A DNA stretch of 64,000 nt. Origin: Perkinsus chesapeaki ATCC PRA-425. Taxonomy: Eukaryota > Protista > Perkinsozoa. Below, piece by piece: positions 48,964 through 60,630 of the stretch (positions are counted from its first letter, which is position 1; every line of letters starts with the position of its first letter). Where the stretch lies: NCBI GenBank assembly GCA_013115145.1, contig JAAPAO010000110.1, forward strand, positions 1 through 64,000, read 5' to 3'. Both the position numbers and the translations under genes were made by a program. Below the pieces are notes generated by a model. It did no database searches, had not been told where the DNA came from, and was given only the letters and a program-made list of their open reading frames with translations.

Positions 48964-51181
48964 ATGGCAGCAGCTGGCAGCACCACTTTACGGTTATTTT
49001 TTAAAGGGAGATGGAAGTATATTAAAGAGGCATGGCCGGTTGAATTGGCAGTCCTCAAAAAGGGATGGTATGGCGGACTGTGGGGTACTTGTTGAAGACA
49101 ATTGTTCCTTCAGGCCTTACATGGTTGGTGGTTTAATATCACTTCTTATTCATAATTGGGTTCATAACATGGCTTACTATTACGCTGGAAAATACCATGT
49201 GTAAGTGGGAATGTGCTCAGGACGACTCGGGCAAACGACGAGGCACGTCAATTTTGGATGGACACTTATCGAGGCTACCCATCATCCATCTTTATTATTT
49301 ACCCTTTTTATCGTTCTCAACTGAACGTAGACTCAATTAGACTATCTCTCCCCGATAGGTACGGACCCTACAAAGGGCCCAACAATCCAATCCATGATTT
49401 TGGTTTCGAATGGTTCGGGACAGCTTTCGTCGGTTGGTCGGTAAGGTCCATTGTTACCCTACCTGTTCGATGTCTTGCTCCAGATGCCTCCTGGTGACAT
49501 CGTACTCTATATTACTCTTATTATCGGCATCACCTTTGCAGTCCGCCCCTTGTTCTTTGCCTTTCCAACACGTAAGCCCCATGGTTTGGATATTTAAATG
49601 CAGCGTCGAATAGGTACTATGAATATTTTATGGAGAGTATTAACTATGAGCATCTTCACTGTGACGGGCCGGTGTATCTCATTCATCTTCACAGTAGGCT
49701 TCAATCCGACCTTGTGGGAATCTTTCGGACGTTTTTCTTCTCAGTTGCTACCGAGCTCGGCCGAGCATTGTTCTGAAGAGGATTTTGATCCTCCCAAAAA
49801 TTGGGGGGCTATATTTACCCATTTGTCGGTGTCAGGAGGATGCAGTGACCTCATATATTCAGGGCATATGATGTACGCATTGCTCTGCACATGTGCTTTA
49901 TGTAATACCACCGGATGAGGGCGGCGGCGGAGGGGAAATATCCAATAGGAAATTCACAAACAGGAGGGCATGCTCTTTGGTGCTGGGGTTGTGGAAAGTG
50001 ATGTGGATAGGAGTAATATATATGTTCGATATAAGTTTTATTGCATTCAAGCATAATACTTTATTATTATAGTAAGAAAACCTTTCATATCATATTGGTT
50101 ATTGATAAGTATGATATAAAAAAGCTCTCTTATATATGCTTCAAGTTTGATAATAGTTGTATTACTATTTTCTCCAACCAAAAGCCGAGTCCGTCAAATC
50201 TGGCGTTGATGTGTTTTCCTGCATTTTCCTCAATAGCTCGTTCTGTGTCAGTTCGATATGCCCAGAATTGGTACATTAAAATAATATCGCTGTTATTGAA
50301 CATCCTTCAAGGCTTTGTAATTGTCGCCTCAAGAGCACATTACAGTGTCGATGTGGTAAGTAGTTCGAGGCCACTATCAATTTTGTGATCATTTCTTGTC
50401 AGATAGTAGCAGCTTACACCATACCAGCGTTCTGGTGCACATTTGCCTATTTCGTAAGTTGCACTGAGGGGGTCTGTAATTTCAGCGTTCGACGGTGGAG
50501 ACATGCGCTCTGGCGGAATAATATCGGAGCTGTCAAGAGAAATTACTTAAATTGATTGGGGGAATTTCGTGGAGGTCATATTGGTCGGGCATAATATGAA
50601 AAACATAGTCAAGCGTTTTCAGCGGACTTACATCTCGAAACACCTGCGTCACAGATTTAGTGAGTAAATACTTTTCTTATCGCGTGCGAAGTCGCTGTAC
50701 TTTGAGAAATTGATAGATTCTAGAAGAAGTTACATGTTCAAGAAGGATACACGGCGGCTTCTTTGGTTTACCTATTCCATGGGCGTACCTTTTATATTCG
50801 ATTTCTACTCACATTTAGTCGGCAGAATCTATCCTAGAAGTATCTACGAGTGAATATTTGGGAGTTTCAGCTTGGTAAATTGCGACAGTTCAGTTTGTCA
50901 AATATCTTTTGTTGAGCGCTCACCATTTTGTTGGGACGTCCCATTCCGTGCAATACTTGACCATTTTGGTATTCCCTATTTGTCAGGTCCCTGAGGATAT
51001 CGGTCCGAATACGGTACCGCTCCCAAAAACGTCGGGGGATTTAGGCGGAGCGCCAGCCGTCTTGTCCGATTCACCTGCTGAGAACGCGATTGATCTCGAG
51101 CTTGGACCTATTGGAGTCACCGCATCTTCATCGTCATCGGTTCTCCAGGATAGGGAACAAGAGGTCAACGGAAGAGCGTGA
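48964..51181 (+). CDS. Sphingomyelin/IPC synthase-like paralog 2
   Basis: MAAAGSTT start, LIHNWVHNMAYYYAGKY, GGCSDLIYSGH and RAHYSVDV; same intron positions as paralog 1. Confidence 0.87.
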
Positions 51182-52159
51182 CTCAGCCACGAGCTAGCTC
51201 CCGTCCGCTGCAGCTAAAGGCTGCTGTCCATGGTTGTTGTTATTATTATAATAAAGGAGAGTTTCATACTACTTGTTCCTTCATAACCATCTTCCCCGGC
51301 AACCGTCATCGGTGGTGATGCGGTGTACATACCATAAGTTATTATTATTATTTTGGCTTGAAGGATTCTTATTTACTATCACTCAATGTAGATACGTTGT
51401 CGTAACATTGTCTATTATCACACTGTTGATCATTTTGGGTTTTAGTGGCTCAGATGGTATAAGTGTGCGCATGCGTGCAGATTATTTGTGTCGAGGGACA
51501 GCTTTGCAGTATCATTGCGATTGTATTTTATGTCAATGTTATCGTCAACTGATGATTCTCCGGCGCAGGTCCAGCAGTCTACACTAGAGGTTCAAGCGGC
51601 AGAAGGCGGACTTGAGAACACTGGTAAGCTGCTGGGGGCTCTTAGCATACAACAATAGGCAATTTGCCCATTATATATCTCTATTCCTGATGTATGGTCA
51701 TATTTCTATTCAAGGGTAATATTGTTCATAATATAAGTATAATAACGACCAATTTGAGCACACGTCCACGAGAATGTGTGCCTTTCTGCTGCACATGTGT
51801 GCATAATAAGTAACTTTTATTATCGCTAGGTAAGTCTGTAGAGGTATTTCCATCAGACTTGCTTCTCATATTGACAAAACAACGTTTTCTTCACTTTCAA
51901 TTACTGTGTAGTTATTGTACACTCCTGCCGTAGGGTAGATGTTGATAAATGTCACTCGTTCAATCGGAGCTGTTAGCGACACTTCTCTCTCGTATCTATT
52001 CGTACTGCAAGCTCCTTGCAAGCTTAATTCTCGTTTTGCTCAGCCACTTCTAAAGTTGTCGATAAATGCGAAGTCAGTGGGCTAGCAGCAGCAGGAGCGT
52101 CGTCACAGGAATGTGGCCTCCGCTCCCCCCGCCACCGCCGCCGACCATTTCTTGTGCGA

Positions 52160-53746
52160 ATGAAATCGTCTATACGTGCTAGAATCGACTACGTCAAAGA
52201 GATATGGCCGTTAGAATGGCTCGTGTTGAAAAAAGGAGCATGGTGAGATAACCGTATCATTGCAGTGGAATTGGCTTGCACGACATCGCGGCCGCTAGAG
52301 CACCCGTAAAACCTCTCTCAGCTGCTTGAGGCTCATCGGGTGTGTTTGGTCATATGAAAAAAGTTTTCCCTTTCCCGCGATGAGAGTCGTTATTTCTCGA
52401 ATCTCCAGACATCTCCCCTTCGTAAGGTGCTTTTCCGTAACAAACTGAAGTGTCCATACTATACAAGTCATGCTACACATTCTTTCTTTTCCTTCACGGC
52501 GATTCCGAGGTCCTTCTAGAGAGATATTTGTGAATAATAAAATGCAGTTGAGGAATGTATATTCTCCTGCTTCAGGTGGGGGATCCTACTGTTTGTCGTT
52601 ACATTGATCGTCCACAACTGGGTGCATAATATGGCTTATTACTACGCTGGAAAATATGAAGTGTAAGGAGTCTAGCGGAGCGAAGCTCTAAATTATTATT
52701 ACCTTGCAGTTACGGTCCATACAATGGTCCAAAGAATTCAATACACGACTTCTTCTTCGAATGGTTCGGGACAGGCCTTGTCGATACTGCTGTAGGTGGG
52801 CGCAGGTTCGATCCCTGCACACTGCATTTTTCCAGGTTGCCCCCGGTGATGTAACTAATTATTTCAGTCTACTATTCGGTATTTGCTACGTTCTTCGCCC
52901 TTTACTCTTTCCCTTTCCGCACAGTAATATTTAATATTGCTTCGCTCCGCTGTACTATTGTTCCTAGGGGCAATGAACATGCTTTGGCGGTGGGGCGTGG
53001 TCGCCAGTCTGGCCACCTATGCTCGATTGCTTACTTTCATGGTCACTGTAAGAATTTGCTGTTAGCTCGGAGTTTCACGCCTCATCTTTCAGCTACTTCC
53101 CGGTTCGGCACAGCACTGTTCCGAGGAAGAGTTCAATCCACCAGCAAACTGGGGTGTCATTCTAACCAGGCTCTTCACCTCGGGAGGCTGCAGTGATCTT
53201 ATTTTCTCTGGTCATATGATGTATACCATTATCGTCACTTGTGGAATATGTAATTAAAATGCCTCTACTGGGGTTTGAACCTGTGCCCTTTCAGGTCGCT
53301 ATAGCCGTAATGTTTACATTAAGGTTTTTCTTATCTTACTCACTATATTACAAGGCTTCCTTATCATAGCCTCACGCTCTCATTATAGCGTCGACGTCGT
53401 AAGTTGGTCTAACAACTATCCAAGAAGTATCTTTCCTCCTTAGGTTGTCGCTGCATACGCGGTGCCCTGCATGTGGATCGCCTTCGCGCATTACGTAAGT
53501 GTGATGTGCTGAATACTCTCACATACGTCTCAGGTCCCCAATGACTTCCGAGTCGAAGATTCGGAATCAATCTCCTCTCCTGACGAATCTGGTCGCGAGG
53601 AGGAGGAGGGTGATAGCGCCCTGCCGTCTCCAGGTTCAGTCAGCAATCGCCCACATAGTAAAATATCTTCCGAGAGCACCAGGACCTCTCCCGGAGGGCG
53701 TGACTTGGAGCTCGGCGAGTCCCCGCCGACCGGAGCTAGATCTTGA
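52160..53746 (+). CDS. Sphingomyelin/IPC synthase-like paralog 3
   Basis: IVHNWVHNMAYYYAGKY, GGCSDLIFSGH and RLHYSVDV; start approximate. Confidence 0.87.
52798..52826 (+). pseudogene. tRNA 3'-end fragment (Leu/Ser-like), sense, in 44-nt intron 52792-52835
   Basis: gggc-gcagg-ttcgatc-cctgc-acactgc-a-ttttt-ccag with a perfect 5-bp T-stem; the phase-0 intron joins VDTA|VAPGD. Confidence 0.85.
53260..53293 (-). pseudogene. tRNA 3'-half fragment (Leu-like variable arm), antisense, in 45-nt intron 53250-53294
   Basis: (c)tgaaagggc-acagg-ttcaaac-cccag-tagaggc-a-tttt; the phase-1 intron restores TCGI-C-RYSRN. Confidence 0.7.
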
Positions 53747-54531
53747 AGATGATATTTGTTGAGTCAGACAATGCATTCTGACTGTCTTCGGGTGTGGTTT
53801 TGTTGTTGTTATTATTACCTACATTTTGCTCCAGTAGCGCGCACGCGCTGAGTGCCATTACTCCACAACATATTAATTGTGGGTGTTCTTATTATTCTCC
53901 GGTGAGAATCAATTGTAAGATTTATGATGATTTTACTACTAACTAACCACTCCATGTCTTACCGGGTTTGCCTAATCATACTGCCTATCCTCATGGCTGC
54001 TCATCATCATACCTAAAACGACACGAATCTAAAAGAAAGTGTGAATCTAATCTTCCAAGTGTCTGGTAATGACTTCTTAATGATATTATCGCAACGTGTG
54101 ATCCTATTGATTCACTTAAGTAAGGTTACTGTTGCGTTTAATATGGTGGTGCTTCCAGAGCTTCGACTACGAGTTGTTATGGAGGAATCAATTTCCTTTG
54201 TTGATGGTCGAACTTGGTGTAAGTTACTTCACCTGTAGAACACAACTGGTCAGTAGTCCATATAACGGTTATCAAGGTGTTAACAACCCTCTGTGTGCAA
54301 ATGAGGATTAGGGAAGTTCTGAAGCGATGCTTGTATATATCAACACTTAGCCAAAAGCTCGGGAATGTATTTATTGATTATAAAACTGTATATTATCATA
54401 ATATACAGTATTAATAATAAGAAGTGGTATAATAGTAATAATAGCAGTATATATAATAATATTATTACTGTTGTCATAACAACAGTAATGGGAAATGTTA
54501 TCTTCCTCGATCAGTGTAGATAACAACTAGG

Positions 54532-55669
54532 TCACATAAAGGTCGAATAGTTCCCCACACTGCTCCTGGCTAATATATAGAAGAGTGATGCCTCATCCCA
54601 AGGATGAAGGTCCGTAACAAAGGTCTTCTGGTGGTCGAGCATGACGCCACGCAAACCGTATTGAGTGACCAATCTAAGCTTGTCAATGGCACGGGTTTGA
54701 GAGAAGAAATAATAACCATTATCCTCGTTGAAGAGAACCGAGCCATTACCTTTGGGATCAGCGTGAAAATCGTAAATCATGCTGGAGTAGCCCAGGTCTG
54801 CGGTGACGTATGTAGCCCTTGCAAGTAGTGGTATCTGCGATAACAAGGATGGGTTAGGGAATACCTCGAATAGCAGTGGTTGAGCGCTTACGGCTAGGAT
54901 CATGCTCTCGGGTTTTGCACCGGCTAGAATGGCATTCTCAATAACTTCCTCGACGAACTCATCAGTGTTGAAGATAGCAGCCATCAAGTCATTCCCGACT
55001 TCGGGCCACAATCCAACAAAATTGATATCTGCGGTTGCAGCAAGGCCGCTCTTCTTTACGACATACCAGTCTGTCGGGGCGAAACTGCCATGCAACGACC
55101 ACGTAGTGTAATAAGCCGCGACTTTGGTACTTACTACACGGCAGCTGTCAGGTCAAGGTCCTTAATGGCCCGGATGACCTCCAGCACGTCCCTGTCATCA
55201 GATCTCCCCTGCACGTTTATCATGAAGCCATCCACCGGGTACTTCTTGAGAAAGTCGGTGGAGCTCTCGAGGAAAACGGTCTTGTTAAATGTTTTGCCTT
55301 CGAGTTCAACCGAACACAGTATCGTCCCGTTTCCGTCCGCAACTCGTCGATTTAGAATCTAAATCGACGAGATCTAAATTTTAGATCTCTGAAGCCGGAC
55401 TCATTCCATTCAGGGTAACGCGGGAAGTCCTGCTCGATTTTACTGTTACTAATGATATAACCACCGAGCACGAAGCTCCTTGCACCGATATCGATGAGTT
55501 TGTCAAAGTAAAAGTCCCAAGCATAGCTTTGCTCTTTTGGGCAAAGATTCTTGTTGAAGCAGAAAGGGCCTTCCTTGACCGCCCACGGGTATCGGACCAT
55601 CTTGTAGAACTCGCTGGTAGTAGCGTGAGCAAGGACGACAAGTGAGGGGACGTGTAAAACACTCCACAT
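54532..55669 (-). pseudogene. GH18 chitinase-like gene copy 1, frameshifted by a 29-nt templated insertion
   Basis: Signal-peptide-like start; the corrected frame reads FLESSTDFLKKYPVDGFMINVQ and YFFSQTRAIDKLRLVTQYGLRGVML (GH18-like, lacks DxDxE); insertion at 55343-55388. Confidence 0.75.
55343..55388. repeat. Overlapping snap-back palindromes (14-bp and 9-bp arms, 1-nt spacers)
   Basis: ctcgtcgatttaga-a-tctaaatcgacgag and agatctaaa-t-tttagatct, both perfect. Confidence 0.92.
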
Positions 55670-56747
55670 ATGCCTGATATAGCAGCACTCAAGTTAAAGA
55701 CCCGCGTACTAGATCATCTCGAATCTACCCCTAGCACTACTGTATACTTCTCAAGAATATGTTTCGCGGACGAGGACGTAAATCCTGGGCAATTTCAATC
55801 ATGGAATTGCTTATTCGTGAAACTGATTTCCACTACCAACAAATTGGCCCTATTTGGTCTACTGATCTCCATATCCACGAAATGAATTCCCAAAAGGTAT
55901 ATATCTGTAAATCGCCACTGAGGGCAAACTCAATGACGGAGTGGTATAGACTAGGCAGAGTAGCGGTTACTGACACTGTCACAGTGACTCCTGGATCTTC
56001 TCATCACGTCACGCCATCCTGTCACGGGATCGAGCATATTAGTTAAGTACACCAATGATTGATATATTATCTTGTACGTCCGTTAATCAATTAGCGAAGT
56101 GCCACCCCTCCATGGAGCCTGCCTGAGAACGCCGGCTCGGTCCAATCCTTGGATTTCGGACATTTTGCCGAGAGCTGGTCAATGCCCCTCTGCAATACAA
56201 CAGTAATTAGCCGCGGAGCTTTCGAGATCAATAGTTATTCCTCTGCGAACGACCACAGTGGAACTCGTGAATTAACGGCACCGTGTGAGGGCAACCAAGG
56301 GCCCGATGTTCTGTGAAACCGGGCGGTCCTCGTTCCACGTTGATCTTATGATAAACCTGACCCAAGCTTACCTATTTACACAACTCAAGTCGATGTTAAC
56401 AAAAAAAAAGCGCTGAAGGATACTCCAATTTGAGAAGTCCTCGACGAATAATAAGGATAAGTGTAAATATCGGGAACAAAGCTTGATCAGGGCCAGGTCG
56501 TAATGATACGGCTGCGACTGAGTAAACAAAAAACCGCCAGCTTCCGCCGCTCCTTCAGACTGAGTGAACTATCATGCACCACCACATGAGGCTATTGGCT
56601 GATACCAATCCATCCGCTGCATAACATGCATGCAGGTAACGTCAAGCATGGAAGTACTGTGTAGAGGCACTTCCTTATTACAGTATGGTATAGAGATAGA
56701 ACTAGAGATAGCTTGCCAGCCTCAGCCAACGCTCGATAACGCCTGCC

Positions 56748-57866
56748 TTATGACCGCATTGCCTTGTGGATAACGTTGGAATCTGATCTCGGTGTCGACT
56801 TACCGTAGGTAGCCAAAGCGTAAAAGAGTGAGGATTCACCCCAAGGCAAGAGATCCTGGGCTAAGACATCCCCCTGTGCAAGCATGATGCCACGTAGCCC
56901 ATATTGTTTCACCAGTCTGAACTTATCAACCGCACGGGTTTGCGAAAAGAAATAATAACCCTTCCCGGGGCGAAATATAACCGAACCATTACCCATCAGC
57001 GTGAAGGTCATAAACCATATCGGAGTAACCCGCGACTGATGTAGGGAAATATGTAGGTTCTGCGAGGAGTGGTATCTACGAAGCATCACCATCGGTTCTA
57101 GGTTATCGAATGAGCACTCACCGTCAAGATCATCTTCCTGCGTTTAGTACCGGCTAGAGTGGCATTCTTGATAGCTTCCTCGGCGAATCCATCCGTGTTG
57201 AAAGTAGTAATCATGCTAGCATCAGGCAACAAGTATACGAAGCTTAGATCTGCGGTTCCAGCTAGGCCGCTCTTCTGGGCGATATACCAGTAAATCGAGG
57301 AGAAACTGCCACCGAATAATCCAGCGCTGTGAGGCTGAGCTGGAGGGAGCCTACCTTAATGCCGCCATTAGTTTGAGCTCCTTAATAGCCCGGATGAGTT
57401 CGAGCACGATCTCTGTATTGTTTCCGGTCTCCTTCCACGGGGTTATCACAAAACCGTCCACGGGGTACTTCTTGAGGAAGTCTCGAACGCTCTTTAAGAA
57501 TACGGTCTTGTTGAATACTTCATCGTAAACTTCACCAAGGGAGCTCAGGATCGTCCCATTTCTTTCCTTTACTCGCTTTCTCAAGTCACGGAAACCAGTC
57601 CTGTTCCACTCGGGGTAAAAGATAACATCTTTAACGATTGTACTATTTGCAATTACATAACCACCGAGCACAAAGTTCTCTGAACCGATTTCGAGAAGCT
57701 TACGAAAGTAGGCTTTCCAAGTGTATTTAGGCCAATTCGGACAAAGTGTTTCGTTCCGACATTGTGGTCTCTCTTTGATAACCCAGGGATATTGGACGCC
57801 TTTATAGAACATTTCGTTGGAACGAATAGGAATGTAGAGTAGGAGGATGCATAGAGCAGTCCACAT
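56748..57866 (-). pseudogene. GH18 chitinase-like gene copy 2, multiply frameshifted
   Basis: FLKSVRDFLKKYPVDGFVITPW and YFFSQTRAVDKFRLVKQYGLRGIML; alignment to copy 1 needs at least 2 frameshifts and passes an in-frame TAG. Confidence 0.72.
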
Positions 57867-59158
57867 AGGATTAGGTCAGCAGGCCAACGAAACTGAAGTA
57901 ACCCAACTTATGCAGGGGCGTCTTTATAGATCCTATGGTTGAGGGCGAGTCCATCTAGCACATGGAGCAGGAAGCAGCGGAGGGTGTCACCAACACGGAC
58001 GTGTCGGCTCACCCCGTATACTCAATCGATACCTTCTCTAGAGTCGCAACGCTTCCTGTGAGCAGTCAAGTTGTCTTAAACCGTTGTCAGTCAGTTGTTG
58101 AGTCAGTGTTGTTGTATTCCGTCGTTTGCATGTGAATCGGTCTGCTTCAAACTGGTCTCCATGTTATCTGGTACCGTAGATGGCGCCAGGAGCTGCACAC
58201 TTCGCCCGATATCACCGCATGTCTAGAAACTTGCCAAGGACAGAGGGGAATGCATTCATTGGACGTGGAAGTATCTCACGCAACGGTTCCTCTCCCGTGC
58301 GCTCAACGTATTCTGATTCGTTTCTAAAGTTATTGGATACCCATCCGCCATGCCGTATGGGGCGGCTCTAGTGGAGCCTTCATAACTCTACGGGAGTACT
58401 ACTGTCCAAATATCTGGTGCGAGAACTGAAATACCTTTTGAGCCTCAGAATCGGAGGTTGTACTGTTGCCTTCGTTCCTGCTGGCTAGTTCTCGATCGCT
58501 CTGGCCACCCATACGAGGGTGTCGGTAGTGTCTAGTAATGTCTCTGCAGTGACATCATCGCAGCGTGTGATTTGCTTGTGGATCACAATATGTAGTTATA
58601 TCGATTGGTTTATGTATGGTCATTGTTGTGTTAAATATATTGGATTGGAGTCATTATACGTCACTTAGTTAATTCGGGTTGTGTTGGTTTTTCCACACTT
58701 TACTCGACTCCGGTTATAAATCACAACTGATCAATCGTCCACATAACGGTAACCAAGTTGCTAACCCTTAGTCCCCAAATGACGGGTAAAAAATAGTCTG
58801 AAGAGGATAAGGCTCGATACATTCAAACTTAACTGGTCACTGATATTGTGATACCAATAGTTAATATGTTTAATGATATCATTACAAAGCAGCCGAGTTA
58901 CTCATAACTGTTAGCCCCTTTGACCAAGGCCATTCCGTCGGCCAGGGCGGGCTCCTCTTGAACACTAGTCCATCGGTGCGCACACAACACCTCGCATCTC
59001 GGGATTAGCAAGATATTATCATCCTTGGGGGGCACATTTTAGGCTGGATGTCTCCCTGGTGGTATTATCGCGTAGATCGCGTTTTAACACTACTTTGAGA
59101 ACACAATACATGTGGAATAACAGAAACGAAGACAAATCACACTCTTCCAACACATGAT

Positions 59159-60630
59159 TCAAAAACTTTTCGGTCCTCCACAGATGTAGTCGAAGTTACA
59201 CTGACAATAGCAACCATCACAACAGGGCAAACGGCGAGGAATCCTCACCCATTGGAGCTCCAGTCCCTGACAGATTCGACCAATAGTAAATTGTCTATCT
59301 GCAGACGTCTGAACCCTCGGACGACTTGGGCAACCTGAGGGGCATAAATCGACAAATTCGGGTCGTTTCGACTTCACATCCGCCGCATTTGAAACTGTAG
59401 GGATCTTGTTTCCTTCGTGGTCTGTACCAGGATCCCCTCCAAGAACATGGGACACTCTCTGTGCTATTGCAGAGAACAGATCAGCATCACGATGGTCGAC
59501 CAAAACAAACGTATCGACGACGGAGCGAAGCTCTTCCATCGTGTCCAAGTTGTTAATCTAATAACTTATCAACAACGATAAGTTATTGAAAGCTCACCTG
59601 TGCCCTCGCCTTCTGTGCCACACGATGGCACAACTTCGAGTCGGCTGAGCCATGCCGGGCCAGTGACCGAATAAATGCCAAGGACTCCGCTAGTGAAACG
59701 TCTCCTAGTAACCTGAGCAGACGACGGTTGCTGGCACTTAAAGATTAGTGAATGCCCCATTCTCTTAAGATACCCCAAGTCGGCACAGAATCAGCCTCTA
59801 TAGGCTGACGGGCGCCAAAAGGAAATTCAAAACCTTTTTTAGTTTTTTCGACACTAACTATTACTAAGAGCCTATCACTGAGATGCAACTATCATGTAAG
59901 TTTCAATACAATTTCGTGGCGAGTGACTCTTTTATGTCTACCTGTGCGAATGTCTTGCCATCTGCGCAAACACACCTCTGTGGGCGCCTCCTCCTCCTCC
60001 CTGTTGTTGTTGACCTTCCCCTATGCTCGACACCAGTCTTCGAGAGAGAACATCTGCCATGATGACCAATGACAAGCCACACTTATAGTTAGGAAGCTGT
60101 TCAGGCAGGACTTGACCAATCCTTTCGAACACCAGCGACACTGATAAAGAAATATCGACGTACTCCTTCAACATGTTCTCACTTAATTGGATCGTTTTCT
60201 CTTCTTTCTGGCCAGTAGTGACTATTGCTTTATTTTCGTTGGTAGTTCCAGCCCGCCTTCCATACCGGCAAAGGTTCTCCAACTTAAACCAATGCTCATC
60301 AATCGCTCTAGCAATTATCGCGGAGGATCTCTCGTCTAGTATTGCCGCTGAAGAGGCAACTCGACGACAGAAGACTTCCCAGAATGCGGTGGGCCGGGCT
60401 GCTGCTGGATGAACTAGACAGTCCGTTGCAGTGTGCCTGAACAAGTGACGTTTGAAAGGCAAGCTCCTCTGTGATGGGTAATTTTCAGCACCGAATATCC
60501 CGCGATTGAGTAGCCTGAAGGGCCTTTTAGAGCTTCGTTGCTGCCCTGTACTGTAATTGACCTCTGTTAAGTGGCTGATGACGACAATCCTACTGGCAAG
60601 CATCATGCTACTTATCCTTCTAGGATCCAA
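59159..60630 (-). CDS. Hypothetical protein, multi-exon
   Basis: 230-aa ORF 59938-60630 plus downstream minus-strand ORFs; no motif recognised. Confidence 0.4.

Noticed and set aside
49441-49483. Paralog-2 intron with cctgttcgatgtcttgctcca
   Set aside because: Lacks C61 and correct spacing; indistinguishable from chance.
1484-53294. Split or permuted tRNA genes (trans-spliced halves) as the explanation for the fragments
   Set aside because: No matching 5'-halves, complementary leader/trailer sequences or BHB-like motifs were seen, T-stems are often mismatched, and three copies are antisense without an A-box.
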